Shown here in pieces: positions 1-13,639 of a stretch of 64,000 bases of DNA. Positions within the stretch are counted from its first letter, which is position 1; the number at the start of each line of letters is the position of its first letter. The translations under genes and the position numbers were made by a program. The notes under the pieces were generated by a model. The model had not been told where the DNA came from, did no database searches, and saw only the letters and a list, made by a program, of their open reading frames with translations. The DNA comes from Argopecten irradians. Its lineage: Eukaryota. Location: NCBI RefSeq assembly GCF_041381155.1, contig NC_091144.1:38732437-38796436 (forward strand), written 5' to 3'.

Positions 1-236
1 ACCAATGATTGACCCAGTCCAATCTCGCTATAATATGAACTGGTCACAAATGATCGACCCAGTCCAATCCCGCTATAATATGAACTGGTGACCAATGATT
101 GACCCAGTCCAATTTCACTATAATTTGAACTGGTCACGAGAATGATTGACCCAGTCCAATCCCACTATATAATATGAACTGGTCACAAATGATTGACCCA
201 GTCCAATCTCGCTATAATATCACCAGTGGATTTGAT
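1..236. repeat. Tandem repeat, ~60-bp unit x4 (accaatgattgacccagtccaatctcgctataatatgaactggtcacaaatgat)
   Basis: Direct visual periodicity. Confidence 0.9.
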
Positions 237-404
237 ACCGTACTTTAGTAAGTAACTTGGTAAATACACATTTGTAGATAACATACGTGCAATTTCAATT
301 CACCCGTGATGAATGTGTATGCTTCTTTTTACCTTTATATTTTCTGTTTTTTTTTTTTAGCTTTGTAAGGTGATAAAAATGGTTTTGTGACCATTTCAAC
401 CAAT

Positions 405-459
405 ATGGATACGACAAAGAGCAGCCTTGTGTCCAAATGGTCAGTCACTCCTGGTGCAG
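405..459 (+). CDS. TEP1: TEP1-like exon 1 (putative start codon; MDTTKSSLVSKWSVTPGA)
   Basis: ATG at 405 in good Kozak context (aatATGg); GTATGT donor at 460; phase-1 end matches phase of exon 2. A 3-codon uORF (ATG 379) lies upstream. Start assignment is tentative. Confidence 0.45.
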
Positions 460-512
460 GTATGTTATATACAACTGTATACTGTTTGTCAAGTTAGCCG
501 AAGTATCAATTT

Positions 513-700
513 TTAGCTCAAAGGGCCGATGAGCTTATGTCATGGCGCATGGTCCATCGTCAGTCAACTTTTCACAAAAATTGCTACCAGTCATGAACTG
601 GTTCTATGGATTTTGACCAAATTTCATCTGAAGCTTCCTGGGGTGAAGGGGAACCAATATTGTAAAATTGATGGGCCAGCCCAGAACCCACAGAGCTATT
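513..700. mobile_element. Interspersed repeat family A (SINE/MITE-like, ~200-250 bp) copy; head tagctca..gggccg(a/g)tgagcttatgtcatggcgc, tail ...ggggaaccaat(a/c)ttgta(t/a)aaa...gggcc
   Basis: Homologous copies at 4100-4790, 16690-17010, 21868-22100, 33420-33790 and 60935-61080. Confidence 0.6.
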
Positions 701-901
701 TCCATCGTAATGCAATTCATAGTAAATTATCATAATTTTCTATTTCATTTACATCAAGGTACATGTATTTGCCAAATTTTACAAAGTACAAGGAAATGCT
801 AAATTGAAATGCACTGAAATTTAGCCACCCTACTTCATACAATAACACCAAAATATTCTAAGAATGGTTTCTCCTATTAAAACCATGTGTTGTTTTTGCA
901 G

Positions 902-1746
902 GCCTAAAACTGACTGGAGGAAATGGTACCGGGCTCTCACAGACAGGGGGCAGCACCAGTCGAAGTGGTACCAGCCTCTCACAGACAGGGGGCAGCACCA
1001 GTCTTCAGTCCCCACTCTTGTTGTCATTACAACAGAAAACTTCTGGATATGGAAATCTTGGAAAGCATAAGAGCTCCACAAAGGAGGCATCCTTTACAGA
1101 GAAGAAGAATAAGCTGCCGGACAACCGATTAAAGACAGCGCCATCTATGTTGTGTAGTCAAGGAGACCGTTCTCTTCTGGCGTCCAATCTCCAGGGTAAC
1201 CTCGGAGGACTGTCTAGTTCACTACTCTCCACCTCAAGTCTTAGATCTGCTACACCTCTTACCACCAATAATAGTGCTAAGCTGAGCCGTCCGTTGTCCA
1301 CTACGCTGCCAGGAAGTTCCTATTTGACAGGAAGCGCCTCTTTGACAGGATCTCTATCGACACATGGCTCTAATGTTCCAGCTTTACTGGATCAAAAATT
1401 GTCCACTGAAAAGGCATCCCTTTTGGGCACATCTACTTTGTCTACAAAGATGGCTGTAGGGGTCACAAAGATGGCCGTTGGGGTCACAAAGAGCAAGAGA
1501 TCAGGAAAGAGGTCACATGACCAGGTGAGCGAAAGGAAAGAGAAAAAGACAAAATCAAAGGGAATCATAGGTGAGGAGCAGATGCAGATGCTGGCCATGA
1601 AACGCTACAAAATTGAGACTCCGGAATATGACCTGAGCCAAGTGATTCCTAAGAGTGACGAGATTTTAGATGATTTTATGGATGTGGACAACGATCCATT
1701 ATTAAACAGAATTCAAGTTCCTCTTCATGATGTTAATGGCATGAAG
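902..1746 (+). CDS. TEP1: TEP1-like exon 2, Ser/Thr-rich N-terminal region (contains 42-nt and 21-nt in-frame direct duplications)
   Basis: Acceptor ttgtttttgcag at 890-901; open frame 281 codons; GTAAGT donor at 1747; ends ...LHDVNGMK. Confidence 0.7.
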
Positions 1747-1789
1747 GTAAGTGGCTTTTACGCCATATAGAAGGTAGTTAATTATTACT

Positions 1790-3560
1790 GGCCTTTAAAT
1801 TATCACTGCATTAGTTTATATGTTTTCATGTATTAATATGTTTCTGTTACAGCTGGCCTTTGTCAATGCTGTTAGTGTATATGTTTTCATGTATTAATAT
1901 GTTTCTGTTACAGCTGGCCTTTGTCAATGCTGTTAGTGTATGTGTTTTCATGTATTAATATGTTTCTGTTACAGCTGGCCTTTGTCAATGCTGTTAGTGT
2001 ATATGTTTTCATGTATTAATATGTTTCTGTTACAGCTGGCCTTTGTCAATGCTGTTAGTGTATATGTTTTTCATGTATTAATATGTTTCTGTTACAGCTG
2101 GCCTTTGTCAATGCTGTTAGTGTATTGTTTTCATGTATTAATATGTTTCTGTTACAGCTGGCCTTTGTCAATGCTGTTAGTGTATATGTTTTCATGTATT
2201 AATATGTTTCTGTTACAGCTGGCCTTTGTCAATGCTGTTAGTGTATATGTTTTCATGTATTAATATGTTTCTGTTACAGCTGGCCTTTGTCAATGCTGTT
2301 AGTGTATATGTTTTCATGTATTAATATGTTTCTGTTACAGCTGGCCTTTGTCAATGCTGTTAGTGTATTGTTTTCATGTATTAATATGTTTCTGTTACAG
2401 CTGGCCTTTGTCAATGCTGTTAGTGTATATGTTTTCATGTATTAATATGTTTCTGTTACAGCTGGCCTTTTGTCAATGCTGTTAGTGTATGTGTTTTCAT
2501 GTATTAATATGTTTCTGTTACAGCTGGCCTTTGTCAATGCTGTTAGTGTATGTGTTTTCATGTATTAACATGTTTCTGTTACAGCTGGCCTTTGTCAATG
2601 CTGTTAGTGTATGTGTTTTCATGTATTAATATGTTTCTGTTACAGCTGGCCTTTGTCAATGCTGTTAGTGTATATGTTTTCATGTATTAATATGTTTCTG
2701 TTACAGCTGGCCTTTGTCAATGCTGTTAGTGTATATGTTTTCATGTATTAATATGTTTCTGTTACAGCTGGCCTTTGTCAATGCTGTTAGTGTATATGTT
2801 TTCATGTATTAATATGTTTCTGTTACAGCTGGCCTTTGTCAATGCTGTTAGTGTATATGTTTTCATGTATTAATATGTTTCTGTTACAGCTGGCCTTTGT
2901 CAATGCTGTTAGTGTATATGTTTTCATGTATTAATATGTTTCTGTTACAGCTGACCTTTGTCAATGCTGTTAGTGTATGTGTTTTCATGTATTAATATGT
3001 TTCTGTTACAGCTGGCCTTTGTCAATGCTGTTAGTGTATATGTTTTCATGTATTAATCTGTTTCTGTTACAGCTGGCCTTTGTCAATGCTGTTAGTGTAT
3101 ATGTTTTCATGTATTAATATGTTTCTGTTACAGCTGGCCTTTGTCAATGCTGTTAGTGTATATGTTTTCATGTATTAATATGTTTCTGTTACAGCTGGCC
3201 TTTGTCAATGCTGTTAGTGTATATGTTTACATGTATTAATATGTTTCTGTTACAGCTGGCCTTTGTCAATGCTGTTAGTGTATATGTTTTCATGTATTAA
3301 TATGTTTCTGTTACAGCTGGCCTTTGTCAATGCTGTTAGTGTATATGTTTTCATGTATTAATATGTTTCTGTTACAGCTGGCCTTTGTCAATGCTGTTAG
3401 TGTATGTGTTTTCATGTATTAATATGTTTCTGTTACAGCTGGCCTTTGTCAATGCTGTTAGTGTATGTGTTTTCATGTATTAATATGTTTCTGTTACAGC
3501 TGGCCTTTGTCAATGCTGTTAGTGTATATGTTTTCATGTATTAATATGTTTCTGTTACAG
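1790..3560. repeat. Minisatellite, 61-bp unit x~29. Each unit is the acceptor (ttctgttacag) plus the first ~25 nt of exon 3
   Basis: Period 61 measured between tgtcaatgct occurrences; the array ends exactly at the exon 3 acceptor. Confidence 0.95.
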
Positions 3561-3695
3561 CTGGCCTTTGTCAATGCGGTTAGTGGATCCCTCATTTGCC
3601 AACCAAACTTCAGGAACTCCAATGACTTGACTAGGAAATCCTTGAGTGTTTTGGCTGAAAGGGTCGTGACCTTTGATCCAGAGTTCATCCTTAAA
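3561..3695 (+). CDS. TEP1: TEP1-like exon 3 (start of TROVE: LAFVNAVSGSLICQPNF...DPEFILK)
   Basis: Acceptor ttctgttacag at 3550-3560, the last copy of the 61-bp array; phase 0; GTCAGT donor at 3696; joins in frame to VALYTRKEL of next exon. Confidence 0.7.
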
Positions 3696-4099
3696 GTCAG
3701 TATCAAAACACTAAGACTATCCTTTCTGGTTTTGTTCAAATAAATGACTGTGACCTTTATTCATGGTCGCGGAGGTCAAAATAAATGTTGATAAAAGAAC
3801 TTCTCACAAAGTAAAATACCTAGTAAGTTATTCAGAAATTGAGTCTGTAGTATGCTGGATGATGAACTTGAGCCGTCCATGAGCCGTCTGTAAACTTTTC
3901 ACTTAAACGAGTTGATCTCAATAATGATATGGCCAGGGTACTAATATTAGGCATTTAGCATGCTAGAAGAAAGGGATACTAAGTTTGTTCAAATGAATGA
4001 AAATTACTCAACTTGATGTCATTTTTTTGGAAGAAATAAGTATTTACCAACATCAATTTGTTTTAACACAATTTTAATTTTTGGCAGATGACCATTAAA

Positions 4100-4790
4100 G
4101 CCCTTAAATTTGGGCCTCTTGTTTTTAGGTCATCTGACTAGTCATAAGGTTCTTGTTAGATTTTGACCAAATTTGGCCAGAAACATTTGTAGGGGAAGGG
4201 GAACAGATTTTGTATAAATGGTGACTCTGACCCCCCTGAGGCCTGAGGGGCAGGGCCCAATAGGGGACATTTTGCTAATTCCTTAAAACGCTACTAGTCA
4301 AAAATTTCTCATTTGATTTTGACCAAGTTTGGCCAGAAACATCTTTGGGGGAATGTGAAGAGATTTTGTATAAATGATGGCTCTGATCCCTTTGGGGCAG
4401 GAAGGGCGGGGCCCAATAGGGGAAATAGAGGAAAAATCCTTCAAAATGCTACTAGTCATAAAGTTTCAAAAGAATTTCAACCAGATTTGGTCTAAAATGT
4501 CTTTGAGGGATAGGGAACAGATTTTGTATAAATGGTGACCCTGACCCCCCTGAGGGGCGAGGCCCAAAAGGGGAAATAGTGGAAAATTCCTTCAAAACAC
4601 TACTAGTCATAAAATTCTCTTTGGATTTTGACCAAATTTGGTCGGAAACATCTTTGGGGAATGTGAAGAAATTATGTATAAATGATGGCTATGACCTCTC
4701 CCTGAGCCAGGACGGGACCCCAAAAGGAGAAGATGAGGAATTTGATTTGAAAAAGCTAGTAATCATAAACACCTCATAAAATTTTGGCCA
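4100..4790. mobile_element. Family A: four tandem, partial 3'-module copies (~160-170 bp each)
   Basis: Repeated ttgaccaaatttggccagaaacat...ggggaaggggaacagattttgtataaatggtgac(t/c)ctgacccccctgagg...gggcccaataggggaaat. Confidence 0.6.
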
Positions 4791-5032
4791 AATTTTGGGA
4801 ATGAGAAAAGATTTTGTATCGTGACTTTGCCCAACATCGTTGTTTCGGTTTCTATTTTACCAAATATTTGTTTTCCCTCATGTTATAATTTGTTGAAATG
4901 AATTTTCAGATGACCGTTAAGGCCCATGGGCCTCATGTATATATAGTCTGAAGTATAATTTAATAAAGATATTTTAATACTTTTGGAAATTGATAAAATT
5001 TTAAAACTTTTATATTTAACACTGTTTTCTAG

Positions 5033-5194
5033 GTGGCCCTCTACACTCGGAAGGAACTCAATATCCGTACAACGGCAAACTTTCTGTTGGCAATGGCTGC
5101 CAATGTTCATGCCTGTCGACCCTTTCTCAAAAAGTATTACGTCAAGTCTATCGCCCTTCCATCTGACTGGATAGAGGTAGCAGAAATATACCAG
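5033..5194 (+). CDS. TEP1: TEP1-like exon 4, TROVE (VALYTRKELNIRTTANFLLAMAANVHACRPFLKKYYVKSIALPSDWIEVAEIYQ)
   Basis: Acceptor ttttctag 5025-5032, donor GTAGGG 5195; strong TROVE-like sequence. Confidence 0.85.
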
Positions 5195-5204
5195 GTAGGG
5201 ATTG

Positions 5205-7410
5205 TCAAACCTGTGTAATATGAACTAATTGTCAGCCTGTGTAATATGAACTAATTGTCAGCCTGTGTGATATGAACCAATTGTCAGTCTGTGAAATATG
5301 AACCAATTGTCAGCCTGTCTAATATGAACCAATTGTCAGCCTTTGTAATATAAACCAATTGTCAGCCTGTCTAATATGAACCAATTGTCAGCCTTTGTAA
5401 TAAACCAATTGTCAGCCTGTGTAATATGAACCAAATGTCAGCCTGTGTAATATGAACCAATTGTCAGTCTGTATAATATGAACCAATTGTCAGCCTGTGT
5501 AATATGAATAATTGTCAGCCTGTGTGATATGAACCAATTGTCAGCCTGTGTAATATGGACCAATTGTCAGCCTGTGTAATATGAACCAATTGTCAAACCT
5601 GTGTAATATGAACCAATTGTCAGCTTGTGTAATATGAACCAATTGTCAGCTTGTGTAATATGAACCCATTGTCAGCCTGTGTAATATGAACCAATTGTCA
5701 GCCTGTGTAATATGAACAAATTGTCAGCCTGTGTAATATGAACCAATTGTCAGCCTGTGTAATATGAACCAATTGTCAAGCCTGTGTAATTTGAACCAAT
5801 CGTCAGCTTGTGTAATATGAACCAATTGTCAGCCTGTGTAGTATGAACCAATTGTCAAGCCTGTGTAATATGAACCAATTGTCAGCTTGTGTAATATGAA
5901 CCAATTGTCAGCCTGTGTAATATGAACCAATTGTCAGCCTGTGTAATATGAACCAATTGTCAGCCTGTGTTATATGGACCAATTGTCAGCCTGTGTAATA
6001 TGAACCAATTGTCAAACCTGTGTAATATGAACCAATTGTCAGCCTGTGTAATATGAACTAATTGTCAGCTTGTGTAATATGAACCAATTGTCAGCCTGTG
6101 TAATATGAACCAATTGTCAGCCTGTGTAATATGAACCAATTGTCGGCCCGTGCAATATGAACCAATTGTCAGCCCATGTAATATGAACCAATTGTCAAAC
6201 TTGTGTAATATGAACCAATTGTCAGCCTGTAATATGAACCAATTGTCAGCCTGTCTTATATGAACCAATTTTCAGCCTGTGTAATATGAACCAATTGTCA
6301 GCCTGTGTAATATGAACCAATTGTCAGCCCATGTAATATGAACCAATTGTCAGCTTGTATAATATGAACCAATTGTCAAACCTGTGTAATATGAACCAAT
6401 TGTCAGCCTGTGTAATATGAACCAATTGTCAAACCTGTGTAATATGAACCAATTGTCAGCCTTTGTAATATGAACCAATTGTCAGCCTGTGTAATATGAA
6501 CCAATTGTCAGTCTATGTAATATGAACCAATTGTCAGCTTGTGTAATATGAACCAATTGTCAGCCTGTGTAATATGAACCAATTGTCAGCCTGTGTAATA
6601 TGAACCAATTGTCAGCCTGTGTAATATGAACCAATTGTCAGCCTGTGTAATATGAACCAATTGTCAAACCTGTGTAATATGAACCAATTGTCAGCCTGTG
6701 TAATATGAACCAATTGTCAGCTTGTGTAATATGAACCAATTGTCAGCCTGTGTAATATGAACCAATTGTCGGCCCGTGCAATATGAACCAATTGTCAGCC
6801 CATGTAATATGAACCAATTGTCAACTTGTGTAATATGAACCAATTGTCAGCCTGTAATATGAACCAATTGTCAGCCTGTCTTATATGAACCAATTTTCAG
6901 CCTGTGTAATATGAACCAATTGTCAGCCTGTGTAATATGAACCAATTGTCAGCCCATGTAATATGAACCAATTGTCAGCTTGTATAATATGAACCAATTG
7001 TCAAACCTGTGTAATATGAACCAATTGTCAGCCTGTGTAATATGAACCAATTGTCAGCCTGTGTAATATGAACCAATTGTCAGCCTGTGTAATATGAACC
7101 AATTGTCAGCCTGTGTAATATGAACCAATTGTCAGCCTGTGTAATATGAACCAATTGTCAGCCTGTGTAATATGAACCAATTGTCAGCCTGTGTAATATG
7201 AACCAATTGTCAGCCTGTGTAATATGAACCAATTGTCAGCCTGTGTAATATGAACCAATTGTCAGCCTGTGTAATATGAACTAATTGTCAGCCTGTGTAA
7301 TATGAACTAATTGTCAGCCTGTGAAATATGAACTAATTGTCAGCCTGTGTAATATGAAGTAATTGTCAGCCTGTGTAATATGAACCAATTGTCAGCCTGT
7401 GTAATATGAA
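5205..7410. repeat. Minisatellite, 26-bp unit x~85 (aattgtcagcctgtgtaatatgaacc), starting 11 nt after the exon 4 donor
   Basis: Period 26; the unit matches the first intron bases attgtcaaacctgtgtaatatgaac. Confidence 0.95.
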
Positions 7411-7613
7411 ATAATGCATGTCAATCTAATGACACCCACATTTCAAATAACAGAATAACTCAATCATTTCACTTTGACTAATGTGACAATTGATTTCATA
7501 TGGAGGATAGGATAAGAAGAACACAATTTTCTGTAAGATCTTCTCTAAAACAGATTGGTTGTTTGACTCGACTTTTTTTAAAGTGTTTTAGAAATCTTTT
7601 TGCATTCTTGCAG

Positions 7614-7710
7614 GCTTTCCATGACAAGACCATTAGCCAGGGAGCTATACCAGCTGCCCTAAGGAAAGTCATGATCACAAAATTTCCTGATTTTGACAAA
7701 TACCAGCTTG
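7614..7710 (+). CDS. TEP1: TEP1-like exon 5, TROVE (AFHDKTISQGAIPAALRKVMITKFPDFDKYQL)
   Basis: Acceptor ttgcattcttgcag; donor GTAGGT at 7711; phase 0 in, phase 1 out. Confidence 0.8.
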
Positions 7711-8221
7711 GTAGGTCCTGTAATGTTACTTTCTTACAAATATCACATTGTTCTCGTTGTAATGATTTCAAAAGTAAGTAAATAAATGGCTGGGGTTTAT
7801 GATCATTGTTACAATCCACTGTCAGGGTTTCACTAACATTTTTAGCCACTACTCAGTTTTCCTGCTGTTAGTAGTTTCTATGTTAATGTTGTTTTAGGAC
7901 ATCAGTTATGGTTATGTTAAAACCTTATATTAAAAACTGTCTTAAGCAATTCTGAAAATCAAAATAAAAACTTATTAACATAAAAATTATGAAGGTCATA
8001 TTTGAAGAAGAAAACCGCCCAAATATTGTTGAGTGAAATGAAAGTAACAATTGAGTTATAATTGTCAGTTACATGCATCTGAAATCATATTCTATATAGA
8101 GAAATATTTTTTGCAAACAGATGCTCATTTAAGAACAAGAGTTGTGAAGCTTTCAACTTGTAGTGATTTCGGTACTTTGATTTTTCCTGTTTGTCAACGA
8201 TTGCTATTGATTTTGTTTCAG

Positions 8222-8496
8222 CAAAATACAACAAAGACAGCTCAAAGAAGAAAAAGAACAAGAAGACAAAGGAGGACACCACTAGCCCTGCCACAAGAGG
8301 TCAATTTAGGGGTAGAGGTCGAGGTGGGGTCAGAGGTGGTGTCAGAGGCCGGGGTAGAGGTCGCGGAGGTTATGACACAACGTTGACACCTGAACCAGTG
8401 AAAGACTCCAAGAAGAAGAAGAAGAAAAGTTTATTTGACTCTGATTCTTCAGACTCCTCGGATACGGACTCAGAGGACGAAATGTTGAAGAGACAG
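8222..8496 (+). CDS. TEP1: TEP1-like exon 6; RG/RGG-rich plus poly-Lys and acidic Ser-rich low-complexity insert
   Basis: Acceptor ttttgtttcag; encodes (A)KYNKDSSKKKKNKK...RGQFRGRGRGGVRGGVRGRGRGRGG...KKKKKKSLFDSDSSDSSDTDSEDEMLKRQ; donor GTGAGG at 8497; phases match neighbours. Confidence 0.75.
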
Positions 8497-9730
8497 GTGA
8501 GGAACCCATATTTGAAATAAATACTATTAGTTACACAGTTTGTTAGTGATCTAATAAAGAAACATATTGAGTCTAAAATAAACTTGTATCGTGCATTATT
8601 TTTCCGTATAAGGTCACTAATAAACTGTAACAAATTTATCCCGATGAAGACCCTTTCAATGAAGTAACTGCAAAATGCATTATGCATGGAAACTAAACCA
8701 AAACAACTCAAAACTTAATCAATTTTCATCTCATTGAATGACTCCAATGCGTTGTCATGGTCCATTTCTATTAAATAATCCTAAATAAGTATTGCCAATA
8801 TTTGTTTGCCTTGAAAGTGGTCACCAGAGCTGTTATTCAAACGTTTTGTCTTCATCTCTTTGAGTGCCATCATCACGAAGCATTACTTGACCGCCATCTT
8901 GTTGCGAATGGCATTAGGGGCAAAGAACGATAACTTTATCGCCAAACCTGATACAATTTCTACTAACCTGATACGACTATATCTTGGATATCACGTGACG
9001 TCTTTTTAACCAATAGGAGTACAAGATACTTGTCTGAGGCGGGATAAAGCCATGTATCGTATACAGTCGTGTTTTTTATACAGTATTCCTGCTACACTTT
9101 GATGGTCTCCACCATATTGATCTATGTAATGATTGTCTCCCCTTGTATGTAGGTATCTATTGTGATACTGTGTTTGTCAGTCGCCGTGAGGTTTTATCTC
9201 TTGAGTCAGTTTCACATGATGTTACAGTCACAAACATCAAAATTAATTATTATCCTCAAGAGCAGATAACTCTTTAATAAGCAAATACCAGATTTATATG
9301 CTATTACATACCACTATCTTAAGAGTTTTTATATCGCATACGATGATAGTTCGCCCAGACAATACTATGGTGTTCCTTTTCCGTCGGCAGCGGCGGCGTT
9401 GTCATTAACATTTCACTTTAAAGTTTTGCGTTTAGCTCCATTCCTCCAAAAGTTTAAGTCCAGAGGCTGTGAAATTTAATGATACTTTAAACTTTACTTA
9501 GCTTTTTTTATTTTCTTCTCCTCAGATGTTTTTTAATATTCCATTATATTTATGTAATAAATCAACAATGCGGTACCGGCGATTCTTGTAATTACGTGTA
9601 ATTCTTGTCTGTTTTTATCTGTTGACCATTATATGAAGATAAGTCAGAGCCCCTGAGACTTTACCCAAACTTTAAAGGTTATTTGATATGATAGTAGCTC
9701 TGTTGACTTGTAACCTTTTCCTATTCACAG

Positions 9731-9864
9731 ATCAGTGATGTTATTTATGATGAAAAGGAGAGTGAGTTAGAACTTTCCCAGGCAAAGTTTTCACTGAAGC
9801 AACTCATCCGGAAACTTCACATTGTGGAACCGGTGGAGCATGTTATGTGTCTCGTTGGGAAAAA
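9731..9864 (+). CDS. TEP1: TEP1-like exon 7 (ISDVIYDEKESELELSQAKFSLKQLIRKLHIVEPVEHVMCLVGKK)
   Basis: Acceptor ttcctattcacag; donor GTAGGT at 9865; phase 0 in, phase 2 out. Confidence 0.8.
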
Positions 9865-10084
9865 GTAGGTATACCCTGGATGTCTCTTTTGGAGTTGGAA
9901 ATAGTTGAAGTCTTATCACTAGAGGATTTTGACTTTTGATGGGTATAACATGCAATACTAATTATGTTACTAATGTGGAAAAATAATTACAAATGGGGTT
10001 TTTCAACCAAGGTTAAACCTATCCTCAATAATGTTTACCTACAATATGTCCTGAAAGCGGGGGATGGAAATTCCACGAATTTGC

Positions 10085-12990
10085 TTGTTTATGATAGGAT
10101 GAAATCTTTATGATTTATGCTCTGTGTTTATGATAGGATGAAATCTTTATGATTTATGCTCTGTGTTTATGATAGGATGAAATATTTATGATTTATGCTC
10201 TGTGTTTATGATAGGATGAAATCTTTATGATTTATGCTCTGTGTTTATGATAGGATGAAATCTTTATGATTTATGCTCTGTGTTTATGATAGGATGAAAT
10301 CTTTATGATTTATGCTCTGTGTTTATGATAGGATGAAATCTTTATGATTTATGCTCTGTTTATGATAGGATGAAATCTTTATGATTTATGCTCTGTGTTT
10401 ATGATAGGATGAAATCTTTATGATTTATACTCTGTGTATATGATAGGATGATATCTTTATGATTTATGCTCTGTTTATGATAGGATGATATCTTTATGAT
10501 TAATGCTCTGTGTTTATGATAGGATGATATCTGCTCTGTGTTTATGATAGGATGATATCTTTATGATTTATACTCTGTGTTTATGATAGGATGAAATCTT
10601 TATGATTTATGCTCTGTGTTTATGATAGGATGAAATCTTTATGATTTATGCTCTGTGTTTATGATAGGATGAAATCTTTATGATTTATGCTCTGTGTTTA
10701 TGATAGGATGAAATCTTTATGATTTATGCTCTGTGTTTATGATAGGATGAAATCTTTATGATTTATGCTGTGTGTTTATGATAGGATGAAATCTTTATGA
10801 TTTATGCTCTGTGTTTATGATAGGATGAAATCTTTATGATTTATGCTCTGTGTTTATGATAGGATGAAATCTTTATGATTAATGCTCTGTGTTTATGATA
10901 GGATGATATCTTTATGATTTATGCTCTGTGTTTATGATAGGATGAAATCTTTATGATTTATGCTCTGTGTTTATGATAGGATGAAATCTTTATGATTTAT
11001 GCTCTGTGTTTATGATAGGATGAAATCTTTATGATTTATGCTCTGTGTTTATGATAGGATGAAATCTTTATGATTTATGCTCTGTGTTTATGATGAGATG
11101 AAATCTTTATGATTTATGCTCTGTGTTTATGGTAGGAAGAAATCTTTATGATTTATACTCTGTGTTTATGATGAGATGAAATCTTTATGATTTATGCTGT
11201 GTGTTTATGATGAGATGAAGTCTTTATGATTTATGATGTGTTTATGGTAGGAAGATATCTTTATGATTTATGCTCTGTTTATGATAGGATGATATCTTTA
11301 TGATTTATGCTCTGTGTATATGATAGGATGAAATCTTTATGATTTATGCTCTGTGTTTATGATAGGATGAAATCTTTATGATTTATGCTCTGTGTTTATG
11401 ATAGGATGAAATCTTTATGATTTATGCTCTGATTATGATAGGATGAAATCTTTATGATTTATTCACTGTTTATGATAGGATGAAATCTTTATGATTTATT
11501 CACTGTGTTTATGATAGGATGAAATCTTTATGATAGGATGAAATATTTATGATTTATGCTCTGTGTTTATGATAGGATGAAATATTTACGATTTATGCTC
11601 TGTTTATGATAGGATGATATCTGTATGATTTATGCTCTGTGTTTATGATAGGATGAAATCTTTATGATTTATGCTCTGTGTTTACTTTAGGATGAAATCT
11701 TTATGATGTATGCTCTGTGTTTATGATAGGATGAAATCTTTATGATTTATGCTGTGTGTTTATGATAGGATGAAATCTTTATGATTTATGCTCTGTGTAT
11801 ATGACAGGATGAAGTCTTTATGATTTATGCTGTGTGTTTATGATAGGATGAAATCTTTATTATTTATGCTTGTGTATATCTTTATGATTTATGCTCTGTG
11901 TTTATGATGAGATGAAATCTTTATGATTTATGCTCTGTGTTTATGATAGGATGAAATCTTTTATGATTTATGCTCTGTGTTTATGATAGGATGAAATCTT
12001 TATGATTTATGCTCTGTGTTTATGATAGGATGAAATCTTTATGATTTATGCTGTGTGTTTATGATAGGATGAAATCTTTATGATTTATGCTGTGTGTTTA
12101 TGATAGGATGAAATCTTTATGATAGGATGAAATATTTATGATTTATGCTCTGTGTTTATGATAGGATGAAATATTTACGATTTATGCTCTGTTTATGATA
12201 GGATGATATCTGTATGATTTATGCTCTGTGTATATGACAGGATGAAATCTTTATGATTTATGCTGTGTTTACTTTAGGATGAAATCTTTATGATGTATGC
12301 TCTGTGTTTATGATAGGATGAAATCTTTATGATTTATGCTGTGTGTTTATGATAGGATGAAATCTTTATGATTTATGCTCTGTGTTTATGATAGGATGAA
12401 ATCTTTATGATTTATGCTCTGTGTTTATGATAGGATGAAATCTTTATGATTTATGCTCTGTGTTTATGATGAGATGAAATCTTTATGATTTATGCTCTGT
12501 GTTTATGGTAGGATGAAATCTTTATGATTTATGCTGTGTGTTTATGATAGGATGAAATCTTTATGATTTATGCTCTGTGTTTATGATAGGATGAAATCTT
12601 TATGATTTATGCTCTGTGTTTATGATAGGATGAAATCTTTATGATTTATGCTCTGTGTTTACTTTAGGATGAAGCTCTGTTTATGATAGGATGAAATCTT
12701 TATGATTTATGCTCTGTGTTTATGATAGGATGAAATCTTTATGATTTATGCTCTGTGTTTATGATAGGATGAAATCTTTATGATTTATGCTCTGTGTTTA
12801 TGGTAGGAAGAAATCTTTATGATTTATACTTTGTGTTTATGATAGGATGAAATCTTTATGATTTATGCTCTGTGTTTATGATAGGATGAAATCTTTATGA
12901 TTTATGCTCTGTGTTTATGATAGGATGAAATCTTTATGATTTATGCTCTGTTTATGATAGGATGAAATCTTTATGATTTATGCTCTGTGT
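10085..12990. repeat. Minisatellite, 40-bp unit x~72 (ctgtgtttatgataggatgaaatctttatgatttatgct). Each unit carries an acceptor copy, tgtttatgatag|g
   Basis: Period 40; the last unit provides the exon 8 acceptor. Confidence 0.95.
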
Positions 12991-12999
12991 TTATGATAG

Positions 13000-13157
13000 G
13001 TACCCTGACACCATGGAACTTTTCTATCAGAGCCGTCTGCCTGGAACATTTGAAGAGGAGCGGGCAGGCAAAAGGATGAAGCTGCCTATTCCAGAGACTT
13101 GGGAAACACAGGTGTCGCTGAAGGGCAATAAGGCCAAAACGTGGGAGGATCTCATAG
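13000..13157 (+). CDS. TEP1: TEP1-like exon 8 (YPDTMELFYQSRLPGTFEEERAGKRMKLPIPETWETQVSLKGNKAKTWEDLI)
   Basis: Acceptor tgtttatgatag, the last copy of the 40-bp array; donor GTAAGT 13158. Confidence 0.8.
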
Positions 13158-13639
13158 GTAAGTTTGATTTGTTGATCAGGGCCTTACAATGTAGGCATAG
13201 CTGTTTACAAAATGGCTGACAGGCAGCCATCTTTAATTTTGACAATTGAAGTTTGTTATTGCTATTTCTGAAAAAAATTAATGAAAGTATTTCTATATTT
13301 CATATGTAGGTTCCTCTTTGTCCCTAGAGCTTTTTCAATTCTCAATAACTTTCAGCTTATCAGTTTAAGATACAAAACATTAACATGGAAGGTTCAGACA
13401 CATACTTAGTTGGGCACCCACACATTTACATCAAGCACAAGTATGTGAAAGATCTGGATCAACATGATCAATTTAATAACAGCCATCTTAGATTTTGACA
13501 TTTAGAGATTTTGAGATTAAAATATTGCATAAGAAAATAGTGGTCTGTGGCTACGTGTAGACTTCATATGAAGTTTCACAATGTGTATCAATATTTTCAA
13601 AGGAAAAGGGAAAGCAGAAGAAGGTCACTGAAGGTCATT

